Below are positions 1-9,112 of a DNA stretch of 32,454 nucleotides, piece after piece. How positions within the stretch are numbered: the first letter of the stretch is position 1; each line of letters begins with the position of its first letter. The notes beneath the pieces were generated by a model. It had not been told where the DNA came from. It made no database searches and worked only from the letters and a program-made list of their open reading frames with translations. The DNA comes from Candidatus Altarchaeum sp. (GTDB lineage Archaea; Altiarchaeota; Altiarchaeia; Altiarchaeales; Altiarchaeaceae), in assembly GCA_018260615.1 (NCBI GenBank), contig JAGWDQ010000099.1, forward strand, positions 2,047-34,500, written 5' to 3'. The translations under genes were made by a program, and so were the position numbers.

Positions 1-102
1 GTGGGCGGTGAAGGAGGGGGGCACAGCATTGCGGCGGGGGCGAGAATTCCGAAGGAAAGTGTTGGGAAATTTCTGGAAATTTTAGATGGGGGGGAAATTT
101 AA
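1..102 (+). CDS. 3' end of DHH/DHHA1-domain protein (RecJ-like), partial
   Basis: Frame 1 reads VGGEGGGHSIAAGARIPKESVGKFLEILDGGEI*; the GGGH..AAG motif is typical of DHHA1. The start lies outside the window. Confidence 0.75.
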   Translation: MGGEGGGHSIAAGARIPKESVGKFLEILDGGEI

Positions 103-201
103 AAGTGTAAGGTGTATTTATGCAAATTTAATTTTTGATATTTAATTTATTTATGAATTGTTATTATATTTTTAATGCAGGTAAGATAAACTATAACGAT
201 T

Positions 202-1353
202 ATGAAACAACAATTAGGGCAATTTTTTACAACAAATTCGGACTTTATTTTGCAGGGATTGGAAAAATTTATTAAAAATGAAGAGGTTACAGACCCTTTT
301 GCAGGAAACTTGGATTTGATTAAGTGGGCAAAAAAGAATGGCGCTAAAAATGTTATAGGTTTTGACTGTGATAAAAAATATGCGAATAATGTTGGTGTTT
401 TTTATAATGATTCAATAAACTCCCCCAAAAAATATAAATTTGTCTGCACTAATCCACCTTATTTACATAAAAACAAAGCGGACAAAAAAACAAAAGAAAG
501 ATTTTTTTCCGGCGATTATTCTAATTTTGAAGATCTATACCAGGTCTCAATATTTTCAATTTTGAACTGCGAAAAAGGTATTTTAATTGTCCCGTTAAAT
601 TTTCTTTGTGCGGAAAATTCAAAAAAAATCAGAAATTTATTTTTTGATAAATTTAATATCGTAGAATTAAATATTTTTTCAGAACAGGTCTTTGAGGATA
701 CAACCTACAATGTAATATCTTTTTATTTTGAAAGAAAGAAAGATGATTTGGACAAAAATAAAATTTTCGCAACAATTTTTCCGGAAAAAAAGGAAATAAC
801 TTTCACAGTTGAAAAAAAATTTAACTGGCAATTAGGAGGAGATTTTATTGACAGGATTAAAAATACCAAAAACGATTTGGGGGTTTTCCGTCTAACTGAG
901 GACTATCTGCAATCTGGCGAATATGAGGTAGAAATGGCACTCCAAAATATTAAGGACAAAAAGACATTTCGCATCAGTCAGGACTTAAAGAAATTGCTGG
1001 AAAAGAATATTCTGTTTTTAAGGGCAATAGACAGCAAAAACGGAAAGAAAATTCAACTTGAAGACATAAGAAAATATGGAATTAACGGACTTGTCGGAAA
1101 AAAGACCTCACGAAATATGGCGTATTTGATTTTTAGAAAAGAAATATCGATTAACGAACAAATAGAATTAATGAAGAAATTTAATGACGAATTAAATCAA
1201 GAGAGAAACAAATATTTTTCATTTTTTTTAACTAATTTTAGAGACAATAACAGAAAAAGAATTTCTTTTGAAACGACCTATAAATTTTTAAATAAAATAT
1301 ATTATGAAAAAAATTCAAAACAATCTTCGCTATTTTGCACTATCCCGGAATAA
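202..1353 (+). CDS. N6-adenine (amino) DNA methyltransferase of a type II R-M pair
   Basis: LGQFFT (motif X), DPFAG (motif I) and TNPPY (motif IV); overlaps the downstream nuclease ORF. Confidence 0.85.
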   Translation: MKQQLGQFFTTNSDFILQGLEKFIKNEEVTDPFAGNLDLIKWAKKNGAKNVIGFDCDKKYANNVGVFYNDSINSPKKYKFVCTNPPYLHKNKADKKTKERFFSGDYSNFEDLYQVSIFSILNCEKGILIVPLNFLCAENSKKIRNLFFDKFNIVELNIFSEQVFEDTTYNVISFYFERKKDDLDKNKIFATIFPEKKEITFTVEKKFNWQLGGDFIDRIKNTKNDLGVFRLTEDYLQSGEYEVEMALQNIKDKKTFRISQDLKKLLEKNILFLRAIDSKNGKKIQLEDIRKYGINGLVGKKTSRNMAYLIFRKEISINEQIELMKKFNDELNQERNKYFSFFLTNFRDNNRKRISFETTYKFLNKIYYEKNSKQSSLFCTIPE

Positions 1354-2224
1354 TCAGGAAAAGATTTTGGACGATTTTTATGTTTTTGACGAAAAGCACC
1401 CGCAACTGCAGAAATATATTGCCAACACTAAAGAAATTAAAAATATCCTGATAACAATAAGGACATTACAAAAGAAAAAGGAGAACAAGAAAGTTATCGC
1501 AAAATATTTTTTGGAACTTTCCAAAATAATGGGAAAATTTTCTAACTGTTCGGAATTTGGTTGTTTTATAAATGCATGTGATAGCTTTTTGGATTTTGCT
1601 AAAAAAGATATTGTTTTGCTTGAAAAAATCGCAGAGAGGTATTTTGATAAAAGAATTTTAAATGAAGCGGTTCCTGAAGAATGGGTACAGGCGATTATAG
1701 ATTCAAATTCCGCCCGCAAGAAAGGAGAAGGTGGAGAAAATAAACTTTTGAATATTTTAGAAAAATACGGTTTTCAGGAAGTAAAAACATGGGAAGCGTT
1801 TTTTAATAAGCAAAAATGTGCGGCTAAATTTTCAAAAATTTTTAGTGTAACAAATGTCCGAAAAAATTTAAACATTGAATTAGCTACAAAGAAACAAAAT
1901 AAAAAACTGGACTTGATTATCAAATGTGGTAAAAATGTCTTTTTATGCGAAGCAAAGCACTTAAACACTTCCGGCGGCGCACAAAATAGCCAAATTTCTG
2001 AACTAATTGAAATTATTGGTCTGAAAGAAAAAAATAAAAATATTTCGTATATTGCATTTTTAGACGGAAGTTATTCAAATATTCTTTTAGGTGATGCAAT
2101 CGGAGGAGATAAATTGATGACACAAAAGAAAGAGATTGGGGAATGTTTAACTCGTAATCCCAGCAGTTTTTGGGTAAATACTACGGGTTTTAAATCATTG
2201 ATTTCAGATTTAAATCAAATTTAA
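1304..2224 (+). CDS. Putative type II restriction endonuclease (PD-(D/E)xK)
   Basis: LDLIIK...LCEAKH and SGGAQN motifs; 50-bp overlap with the MTase. Confidence 0.7.
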   Translation: MKKIQNNLRYFALSRNNQEKILDDFYVFDEKHPQLQKYIANTKEIKNILITIRTLQKKKENKKVIAKYFLELSKIMGKFSNCSEFGCFINACDSFLDFAKKDIVLLEKIAERYFDKRILNEAVPEEWVQAIIDSNSARKKGEGGENKLLNILEKYGFQEVKTWEAFFNKQKCAAKFSKIFSVTNVRKNLNIELATKKQNKKLDLIIKCGKNVFLCEAKHLNTSGGAQNSQISELIEIIGLKEKNKNISYIAFLDGSYSNILLGDAIGGDKLMTQKKEIGECLTRNPSSFWVNTTGFKSLISDLNQI

Positions 2225-2463
2225 ACAGGGATAAATTTATTATCGGACTTGCGGATGACAGCGAGGACTCAACTATGAAAAAAATTTCGGCGAGGGCAAA
2301 TTTGGACATAGTTAAAAAAGGCACGAATTTGGGAAATATGATGAGGGAAGGATGTAAGGCAGTGGGCGGTGAAGGAGGGGGGCACAGCATTGCGGCGGGG
2401 GCGAGAATTCCGAAGGAAAGCGTTGGGAAATTTCTGGAAATTCTGGATGGGGGGGAAATTTAG
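2224..2463 (+). pseudogene. 5'-truncated duplicate of the DHHA1 gene 3' end
   Basis: 2362-2463 matches 1-102 at 98/102 nt. The open frame NRDKFIIGLADDSEDSTMKKISARA... begins abruptly at the REase stop. Confidence 0.8.
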
Positions 2464-2610
2464 GTTATTATCTGTTTAAATTTCGTATAATAATTTGCAG
2501 CAGAAACAAAATATATCCGGGTTGTTATGGTTATTTGGAGAAAGCGAAATCACTTAAATTATTTAATTTAATATACCTCTATCTAAATTATTATTATTAA
2601 ATTTATTAAA

Positions 2611-3162
2611 ATGGATATATTAGTAATATTGTTGGTTGGATTGATAGTAATAGGAATATTGGTTGTTATTGTCTACAACAGCCTTGTATCTTTAAGAAAC
2701 ATAGTAAAAAACGCATGGTCACAGATAGATGTTCAATTAAAGCGAAGATATGATCTTATACCAAATCTTGTTGAAACGGTAAAGGGCTATGCAAAACACG
2801 AAAAAGGTGTTTTTGAAGAGGTTACAAAAGCAAGAGCAAATGCAATGAACGCGCAAGGGGTTGCGGGACATGCTGACGCAGAAAATATGCTTACCGGTGC
2901 TTTAAAAAGTTTGTTTGCTGTTGCAGAAGCATATCCTGATCTTAAAGCAAGTACGAATTTTATGCAGCTGCAGGAGGAACTATCGGGAACAGAGAGCAAA
3001 ATAGCTTATGCAAGACAATTTTACAATGATTCTGTAATGACCTACAACATAAAAATTCAGCAAGTTCCAAACAACGTAATTGCAGGAGTTTTTGGTTTTA
3101 AAGAAGAGGTGCTGTTTAAAACAGAAGGTGTTGAAAGAGAACCTGTTAAAGTTAGTTTCTAA
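2611..3162 (+). CDS. lemA: LemA family protein
   Basis: N-terminal TM helix; [36 protein letters not shown] and YPDLKAS.NF.QLQ motifs. Confidence 0.95.
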   Translation: MDILVILLVGLIVIGILVVIVYNSLVSLRNIVKNAWSQIDVQLKRRYDLIPNLVETVKGYAKHEKGVFEEVTKARANAMNAQGVAGHADAENMLTGALKSLFAVAEAYPDLKASTNFMQLQEELSGTESKIAYARQFYNDSVMTYNIKIQQVPNNVIAGVFGFKEEVLFKTEGVEREPVKVSF

Positions 3163-3352
3163 ATTGAATATCTCCCAAATGGGAAAAACAATGTGTTTTT
3201 AAATAACCCTATTATCATCCGGATATTTAAAATTTATAAAATTTTAAATAACAATACACAAACAACAACATGTAAATTTCTTCGGACATTTCTTTGAAAT
3301 GTTTTATATTCGGAACAATAACTAAAATTTTGATCTTACTTTAAATATTAAA

Positions 3353-4231
3353 ATGGAAATTTACAAACAGATAGAGGAAAACAAAAGAAACTCGTGGCTT
3401 TTGTCCATACTGTTTTTTGTGATAATGTTTATTTTAGGATCTATTATTAGTGAAATCATAGGACTCGGAACGAGGGGAACAATTTTTATAATGATTCTTA
3501 CCTTAATTTATACTGGTGCCATGTATTATTTTCTTGGAAATGAAATGATATTAAGTATAAATGGCGCGCATGAAGTAAAAAAAACCGACTATCTTTATCT
3601 TTTTAACACTGTTGAAGGTTTAAGTATCGCAGCGGGAATTCCGATGCCTAAAATTTATGTAATTAAAGATCCATCTCCTAATGCTTTCGCAACCGGCAGA
3701 GATCCGCAACACAGTTCAATTGCTGTAACAACCGGGCTTCTTGAAAAATTAAACCGACTTGAACTTGAAGGTGTTATTGCTCATGAACTTTCACATATAA
3801 AAAATTTTGATATAAGATACACTTTAATTGTAATTTCAATGATTGGTGCTATAGGAATTCTTGCAGGCGTTGCATCACGTATGGGGAGGTTTGGAAAAGG
3901 AATGGGAAAAGGAGGTAAGGGTGCAGGACCATTGATAATAATCGCTGTAATTCTCGGAATCGTTGCACCAATAGTTGCCCAACTGATTAAATATGCAATT
4001 TCAAGAAAAAGGGAATATCTGGCAGATGCCAGTGGTGCGCTTCTAACAAGATACCCAAAAGGACTTGCTGACGCACTTAGAAAAATATCCCTGGCAGAAC
4101 CGATGAAATCACCGGATAAAACATCAGCATCATTATATATTTCAAATCCGTTTGGAGAAAAATCACTGAATAATTTACTTAGTACACATCCACCTATAGA
4201 AGAAAGAATAAAAGCGCTTGAGAAAATGTAA
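3353..4231 (+). CDS. htpX: HtpX M48 zinc metalloprotease
   Basis: PNAFATG, AHELSH (HEXXH), SRKREYLADA and THPPIEERI motifs; follows lemA. Confidence 0.95.
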   Translation: MEIYKQIEENKRNSWLLSILFFVIMFILGSIISEIIGLGTRGTIFIMILTLIYTGAMYYFLGNEMILSINGAHEVKKTDYLYLFNTVEGLSIAAGIPMPKIYVIKDPSPNAFATGRDPQHSSIAVTTGLLEKLNRLELEGVIAHELSHIKNFDIRYTLIVISMIGAIGILAGVASRMGRFGKGMGKGGKGAGPLIIIAVILGIVAPIVAQLIKYAISRKREYLADASGALLTRYPKGLADALRKISLAEPMKSPDKTSASLYISNPFGEKSLNNLLSTHPPIEERIKALEKM

Positions 4232-4381
4232 AACCATCGCTTGAAAAATTAGTAATTTTTTGCGATTATAACAATGCAGCCCAATATTAGTTTTTGTCCT
4301 TTTACGAGTTATACGAGTAAATATCCGAACGAAGTGAGGTTATGTTTACAGGTCAATTAGGCGTGAAAATTGAATTATTTA

Positions 4382-4689
4382 GTGTCCATCCATAAACTCA
4401 CAATTTTTGTCATTTAGGAGCAAAGCGACTAAATATCCGAACGAAGTGAGGTTATTTTCAAAATCGCAAAGATTTTGAAAATATGAGAGCGAAGCGAACT
4501 TATTTACGAACGAAGTGAGGATAAAAACATAATAATTACTGAAAATCTTTGGATTTTCAATCTTACAAAATCTATAAAATTTTGTAATTACTCTGAAAAA
4601 GTTAAAATTTTTTCAGTCTACAAGCGTAAGCTTGGAGATATTCGGAAACTCAAAGTTTCAGATAAATCATATACTTTGTGGATGAACAC
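4382..4689. mobile_element. 308-bp MITE-like element carrying hairpin modules
   Basis: Imperfect TIRs TAGTGTCCATCCATAAACT (4380-4398) and ACTTTGTGGATGAACACTA (4673-4691), 16/19; flanked by direct repeat TATTTA (4376-4381, 4690-4695); non-coding. Confidence 0.6.
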
Positions 4690-4842
4690 TATTTAGCATA
4701 TCAACACAATATTTACGGATTTATCATGTCCTCAGTCCATATGGAACCTGCCCAATAAAACGAAATAAATTTTTCAAAAAGTAAAACTTGAAATTAATGA
4801 AAGAAAATTTTAAATTTTGACCAATTAAATGACTATTGAAAA

Positions 4843-5394
4843 ATGACTATTGAAATATTTAAGAATTGGATAAATGTATTAATCAAACCAAAAGAGGTAT
4901 TTGCACAGGAAAAGGGAAATGCAAGTTTAGGCAAAGCAATAAAAATAATTTTGATTGCAGGACTTATTGCAGGTACTTTTCATCTGGTTGCGTCGTTTAT
5001 TTTATTTGATGTTTTCTCTTTTTATAGTATGGGCATTATATTTGCTCCGATTTGGCTTTTAATAACATCCGGAATATATTATATATTTGCAAAATTGCTT
5101 AAAGGTAAAGGAAATTTCACAACACAAACATACCTTGCTGCATTGGTTTCTGCTCCGTGTATGCTAATATCAGCAGCAATAAGCATATTTCCTTTTATTG
5201 GAGCAATTATTATATTTCCCGTATTTTATGAATTATATCTTTTAACATTAGCATTAAGAGAAGTACATCAATACTCAACAGCAAGAGCTATTCTTTCATG
5301 GCTAATTCCTATGCTTATAATAATAATTGTTGTGATTATTGTACTTGTTGTTGTGTTTATGTCCATAATATCATCTAGGAATCCAAATATTTAA
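4843..5394 (+). CDS. Yip1-domain membrane protein
   Basis: W.NVL.KPKEVF..EK..ASLGKA start, multiple TM helices, YELYLL.LALREVHQYS..RAI ending. Confidence 0.8.
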   Translation: MTIEIFKNWINVLIKPKEVFAQEKGNASLGKAIKIILIAGLIAGTFHLVASFILFDVFSFYSMGIIFAPIWLLITSGIYYIFAKLLKGKGNFTTQTYLAALVSAPCMLISAAISIFPFIGAIIIFPVFYELYLLTLALREVHQYSTARAILSWLIPMLIIIIVVIIVLVVVFMSIISSRNPNI

Positions 5395-5399
5395 AATTA

Positions 5400-5570
5400 G
5401 GTGCTCATCCCTTTAAATTGGGTTAATTAATTTGCGAGAGATATTTTAAAAATCTGCTTAAAAGAAATCTCAAAATTGAATATTATAAATTTAATTTTAA
5501 ACACCATATTTATAAAAATATTGGCAAAAAAACAAATATATAATTATCCCAATTTTAGTGGGTCAGCACC
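5400..5570. mobile_element. 171-bp MITE with 8-bp TSD
   Basis: TIRs of about 30 bp (GGTGCTCATCCC.../...GGGTCAGCACC); TSD TAAAATTA at 5392-5399 and 5571-5578; the paralogous empty site follows the second Yip1 gene. Confidence 0.8.
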
Positions 5571-5611
5571 TAAAATTAATGAAAGAAAATTTTAAATTTC
5601 ACAAAATTAAA

Positions 5612-6259
5612 ATGACCATTGAAATATTTGAGAAGTGGATAAATGTATTAACCAAACCGAAAGAGGTATTTGCTGAAGAAAAAGCATACGCGAGTTTAGG
5701 AAAGGCAATAAAGATAATATTTGTTGCGGGAGTTATTGCAGGTATTTTTGGCATAATTGCTAACTATATTTTGCTTTCTTTGATGGGAACATTGCTCTCC
5801 TTGCCATCCTCATATACTCATTCGTTTCCTTATGGCGACTTTTTTGGAACGCCTTTATCTTTACCGGAATATTTGGCACTTTCGTTTGTAGCTGGCGTTA
5901 TATATGCTCCAATTATATTTTTAATATTCTCCGGAATAAACTATCTATTTGCAAAATTGTTTAAAGGCGAAGGAAACTTCACAACACAGACATATCTTAT
6001 TGCCTTATTTTATGCTCCTTGTATAGTGATAACATCTGCATTAGGGATAATTCCATTTTTCGGAGGACTTTTAGCACTTTTTGTACTTATTTATGAATTA
6101 TATCTTTTGACATTGGCATTAAAAGAAACACACCAATATTCAACGGGAAAGGCGATACTTACATGGTTAATCCCATTGATTATATTGATGGTTATTATGT
6201 TTGTAATTGCTATTATGTGGTTCATTTCTATGGTGCCCTTTATGAATCCAAATATTTAA
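5612..6259 (+). CDS. Yip1-domain membrane protein, tandem paralog
   Basis: Start moved to MTIEIFEKW by alignment with the first paralog; same motifs plus an internal insertion; same C-terminal NPNI. Confidence 0.8.
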   Translation: MTIEIFEKWINVLTKPKEVFAEEKAYASLGKAIKIIFVAGVIAGIFGIIANYILLSLMGTLLSLPSSYTHSFPYGDFFGTPLSLPEYLALSFVAGVIYAPIIFLIFSGINYLFAKLFKGEGNFTTQTYLIALFYAPCIVITSALGIIPFFGGLLALFVLIYELYLLTLALKETHQYSTGKAILTWLIPLIILMVIMFVIAIMWFISMVPFMNPNI

Positions 6260-6338
6260 AATCAATGAAGGAAAATTTTAAATTTCACAAAATTTCATAA
6301 ATTTAAGGACACCTAATCAACCAGAGCATTAAAAACAA

Positions 6339-7808
6339 TTATTCAATCTCAACCTCAACACTCATAAAAACAGGCCCCTTCAAAACAATTCTTTTATTTT
6401 CATTACTTATAAACCTTTTTGCCCTTCCTTTAATCATTATATTTACATCGGAAGGACTTTTAGCCATCTTGATTTCAAAGGTAAATTTTCCCTTCTGTCC
6501 TTCTTTAACGTTGTTCTCAATCTCTTTCGCAAAATAATTTGAAATTGCATACAGGAAATTTAAATTTGCCTTTATTCCTTTTTCTTTTATATTCTTTCCT
6601 TCTTCCCCGAATTTTTCAATATCCCCGGGAATTCCATATATATTTCCATCCAGAACATAAATTTCATTCAGTGCCGCCGGACCCAGCAAATTTTTATTTT
6701 CTTCGTCCTCAAATACAGAAATTTTAATCCTGCGATTCATTAAATTTCCTTCAAAACACAAAAATTTACAGGGTGATTTTTCATCAGCATGAATTTTTGC
6801 CGTCTCATAAATTTTGCCGGCAATATTTATTCCTTCAGCTGTTTCCGGAACAGATAGCAGACCTATTGATTTGGCAATTTCTTGAGCGCTTAAATGCACA
6901 TCTTCATAAAACTGAGGATATAAGACCTTTCGGACATCACCGATATTGTTCCTGACCATCAAAATTCTTTCAAGTCCGAAGCCGATGTTAAAAACATCCA
7001 CATCATCCGGAATATTGTAATTTTTCAAAGCCGTTCTTGAATACATTCCGCAGTCGGCAATTTCTATGCCTCCTGAAAAAATTTCATACTCTTTATCCTG
7101 CACATAATAATTTGATGTCGCCTTCTTTTTGGTAAAAATAATATTCGCAAAACCCATCTCATTTAAAATTTTCTCTGCAACACTCATTCCGTCTTCAATC
7201 TTTAAATTTTTGTCAACGAGCATGCAGGATGCCCCGTAATGTGCCCTTAAATGTGTCGCATCTTGTTTTTGCTCTCTCCTGAATCTTAATCCGATGGAAA
7301 AAAATTTTAACGGCAATTCCGCCTGTTTTTCCATCTCCGCTTCAAGTGTCAGAAACCACGCAGCCGTCATGTGAGAACGAAGGGTTGTTCTACTGCATAC
7401 CGGTTCAATATTTTTAAATGCGGGAAATAAATCAAGGATTTCCATTGCCTGCGTTGCGTTAATTTTCAGGTTTTTAATCATTTCTTCAAGCATATTGTCT
7501 CCTTCAATAACACCTTCCCGGTAATTCCGCAAAATTTTCTTAAATTTATCCGTGCTTATGTATGGAGCAATTTTTTTTATTTTTGTAATATCATCATCAC
7601 TCATTCCTATATCCGGCCTCGGAAGTCCGCCGAGATAAAAGACCCTGTCAAGGATTACAGGTGCTTCTTTTCCATACTGCTTATATACATCCTCTTCCTG
7701 AATAAACACAGGATTTTCAATCTCATCAAAACCAATACTGAGGAAAATTTCCCTTGTTTTTTGTATGAGCGTGTGGATTGTATGTGCTTTGCCTTGCGTT
7801 GTTTGCAT
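6339..7808 (-). CDS. sepS: O-phosphoseryl-tRNA(Cys) synthetase (SepRS), N-terminally short form
   Basis: GKAH..H.LI...RE.FL..GF.E..NP, LDRVFYLGGLPRPDIG, TLRSHMT..WF, FRREQKQDATHL and GFGLER motifs; C-terminal ENKKLLGPA-like anticodon domain. Confidence 0.9.
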   Translation of the reverse strand: MQTTQGKAHTIHTLIQKTREIFLSIGFDEIENPVFIQEEDVYKQYGKEAPVILDRVFYLGGLPRPDIGMSDDDITKIKKIAPYISTDKFKKILRNYREGVIEGDNMLEEMIKNLKINATQAMEILDLFPAFKNIEPVCSRTTLRSHMTAAWFLTLEAEMEKQAELPLKFFSIGLRFRREQKQDATHLRAHYGASCMLVDKNLKIEDGMSVAEKILNEMGFANIIFTKKKATSNYYVQDKEYEIFSGGIEIADCGMYSRTALKNYNIPDDVDVFNIGFGLERILMVRNNIGDVRKVLYPQFYEDVHLSAQEIAKSIGLLSVPETAEGINIAGKIYETAKIHADEKSPCKFLCFEGNLMNRRIKISVFEDEENKNLLGPAALNEIYVLDGNIYGIPGDIEKFGEEGKNIKEKGIKANLNFLYAISNYFAKEIENNVKEGQKGKFTFEIKMAKSPSDVNIMIKGRAKRFISNENKRIVLKGPVFMSVEVEIE

Positions 7809-7849
7809 CGTAAATTTTTAAATTTTTTTGAGAATGTTTAAAATTTTGG

Positions 7850-8434
7850 TTAATCTTCTGTTAAATCGCAATATTTTTTTATTTTATCTTTAATTTTTAA
7901 TAGTTCATCATAGACACCTCGTTTTTTCGCATTTTCTTCAATATACTTTTCGTCTAATTTTCCTATTTGCCTTACATAAATTCCGATTGCATCATTTATG
8001 TCATGCTCTCTTGCGAATATGAGTTTGTTTATTATTGTGTCTTCCGGGGATGCCATAAGTATTTCAACGCCATTGTTATCAATTTTTCTTTCGGTCTTAA
8101 TTGTTTGTTTCTCTCCTGCACCATAAGCACCCTTAGCATCTATATGATATACAGAAAGCGTGTCAAATATAGTAAAATGACTTTTCTCTTTTAATGCTTC
8201 TTGTATTTCGTACTCGTCAATTGAAAAACCATTTGCACATAAAACATCAACAAATTCCTGAATTTTTTCATGTTTCAAGTCCATTATAACATCAACATCT
8301 CTCGTAGTTCTGATATTCCCCCAACATACAACTGCTATGCCTCCTACTATTGCATAATCAATATCAAGTTTTTTCATAATTTTTGCAATATCTGTTACAA
8401 TGTCCTCTAGTGTTCGTTTTTTATCTTCGTTCAT
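7850..8434 (-). CDS. Nucleotidyltransferase-fold protein (DUF6036-like), possible TA toxin
   Basis: YAIVGGIAV..WG..RTTRDVD (GG...DxD) and ASPEDTII.KL motifs. Confidence 0.7.
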   Translation of the reverse strand: MNEDKKRTLEDIVTDIAKIMKKLDIDYAIVGGIAVVCWGNIRTTRDVDVIMDLKHEKIQEFVDVLCANGFSIDEYEIQEALKEKSHFTIFDTLSVYHIDAKGAYGAGEKQTIKTERKIDNNGVEILMASPEDTIINKLIFAREHDINDAIGIYVRQIGKLDEKYIEENAKKRGVYDELLKIKDKIKKYCDLTED

Positions 8435-8600
8435 TTGTCGCTAATTTTGATAATTTTTCGGCAAAGTTGATCATGTCAAACATCACTTTTAAGGTCTCTA
8501 CCGGTTTTTTATCCCTCAGGGCAATAGCGTCCCTGATCCATTCTCTTTCTGTTATTTCTTTAACTTCCCGGCGCAATTTTTGTAAATTTTGAGATGTCAT
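8421..8600 (-). CDS. 59-aa small protein, putative partner/antitoxin of the nucleotidyltransferase (absent from the ORF track)
   Basis: Manual translation MTSQNLQKLRREVKEITEREWIRDAIALRDKKPVETLKVMFDMINFAEKLSKLATNERR*; overlaps the NTase start by 14 bp. Confidence 0.6.
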   Translation of the reverse strand: MTSQNLQKLRREVKEITEREWIRDAIALRDKKPVETLKVMFDMINFAEKLSKLATNERR

Positions 8601-8646
8601 TTCTTATTAATTACACTTTGATTGAATTTAAAATGATTGTGCTCTT

Positions 8647-8901
8647 GCTGATGTAAGGATTAATGCCCTTTATTTTTGAAATTTATTCATCGCTTAATTA
8701 TATATCCGGTCCGGGAAGTCCGCCAAGATAAAAGACCCTGTCAAGTGTTACCGGTGCTTCCTTTCCGTATTGTTTAGATACATCTTCTTCCTGAATAAAT
8801 AAAGGATTTTCAATCTCATCAAAACCAATAATAAGAAAAATTTCTCTTGTTTTTTGTATGAGCGTGTGGGGCAGATGTGCTTTGCCTTGCATTGTTTGCA
8901 T
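8647..8901 (-). pseudogene. sepS: Degenerate duplicate of the sepS 5' end
   Basis: About 85 codons homologous to the sepS N-terminus; homology continues through two in-frame stops (PDI*LSDE*ISKIKGINPYIS vs PDIGMSDDDITKIKKIAPYIS); ~20 bp upstream are also duplicated. Confidence 0.85.
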
Positions 8902-9112
8902 CGTAAATTTTTAAAATTTTTACAATAAATTTCACAATAAATTTGTAATGCAATGTTAAATTTTACAATTTTTACTTCTTAATTTTTGCTTTTTAATATT
9001 TAATTATAAACTTTAATTATTAATAATATTTTAAATTTTAATTATTTATACTAAAATTTTAATCCTAAATTTTAACTTTAAATTTTAATTAATAAATTTT
9101 AAAACCATCAAA

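Noticed and set aside
1378-1719. Antisense and alternate-frame ORFs inside large genes (also 10966, 11881, 14890, 24445, 31099, 32152 and others)
   Set aside because: Shadow ORFs of well-supported genes.
4270-4346. Second attC-like site (ATAAC...GTTATGT)
   Set aside because: The AAC/GTT ends are present, but I could not find convincing L-box pairing; better explained as a hairpin module.
4827-4854. 14-bp tandem duplication AAATGACTATTGAA at the first Yip1 start
   Set aside because: Simple slippage duplication; the first ATG is out of frame with the gene and no function is evident.
8920-9112. ncRNA or replication origin in the very AT-rich divergent intergenic region
   Set aside because: No recognisable ORB boxes or GC-rich structured RNA; consistent with ordinary promoters.
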